This document shows, piece by piece, positions 20,285 through 20,287 of a stretch of 20,287 bases of DNA. Origin of the DNA: Acidobacteriota bacterium. GTDB taxonomy: Bacteria > Acidobacteriota > UBA4820 > DSQY01. The notes beneath the pieces are model-generated. The model was not told the origin of the DNA. It saw nothing but the letters and a program-made list of their open reading frames with translations, and searched no databases. A program made the position numbers and the translations under genes. Position 1 is the first letter of the stretch. Every line of letters begins with the position of its first letter. The stretch is from the NCBI GenBank assembly GCA_049967655.1, contig JBMFSH010000040.1, positions 1 through 20,287 on the forward strand. The letters are read 5' to 3'.

Positions 20285-20287
20285 TCC

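Overview
GC-rich bacterial chromosomal window with no transposase, integrase, tRNA, rRNA or CRISPR array seen. Left to right: the 3' end of a penicillin-binding protein 1C gene (+, missed by the ORF track); a ~660-bp gap between convergent genes holding a promoter-and-terminator-bounded, ~300-nt multi-branched structured RNA candidate that I cannot assign to a known family; a minus-strand group of secreted or membrane enzymes (two-gene M16B zinc peptidase whose catalytic subunit is interrupted by one in-frame TAG at a usually Trp position, a papain-family C1A protease, a CE4 polysaccharide deacetylase); then a plus-strand run of cytoplasmic M16 peptidase, dut, a His-rich 19-codon micro-ORF, a YycJ-like metallo-beta-lactamase-fold hydrolase, purB, purS, purQ, purL, purF, a long 6-TM chemoreceptor with its own promoter, and purM. 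A palindromic repeat-like element lies at the right edge. The most interesting items are the orphan structured RNA (about 322-628), the in-frame amber codon (4083-4085) and the His-rich coupled micro-ORF (8964-9023). All family assignments come from motif recognition by eye; no searches were run.
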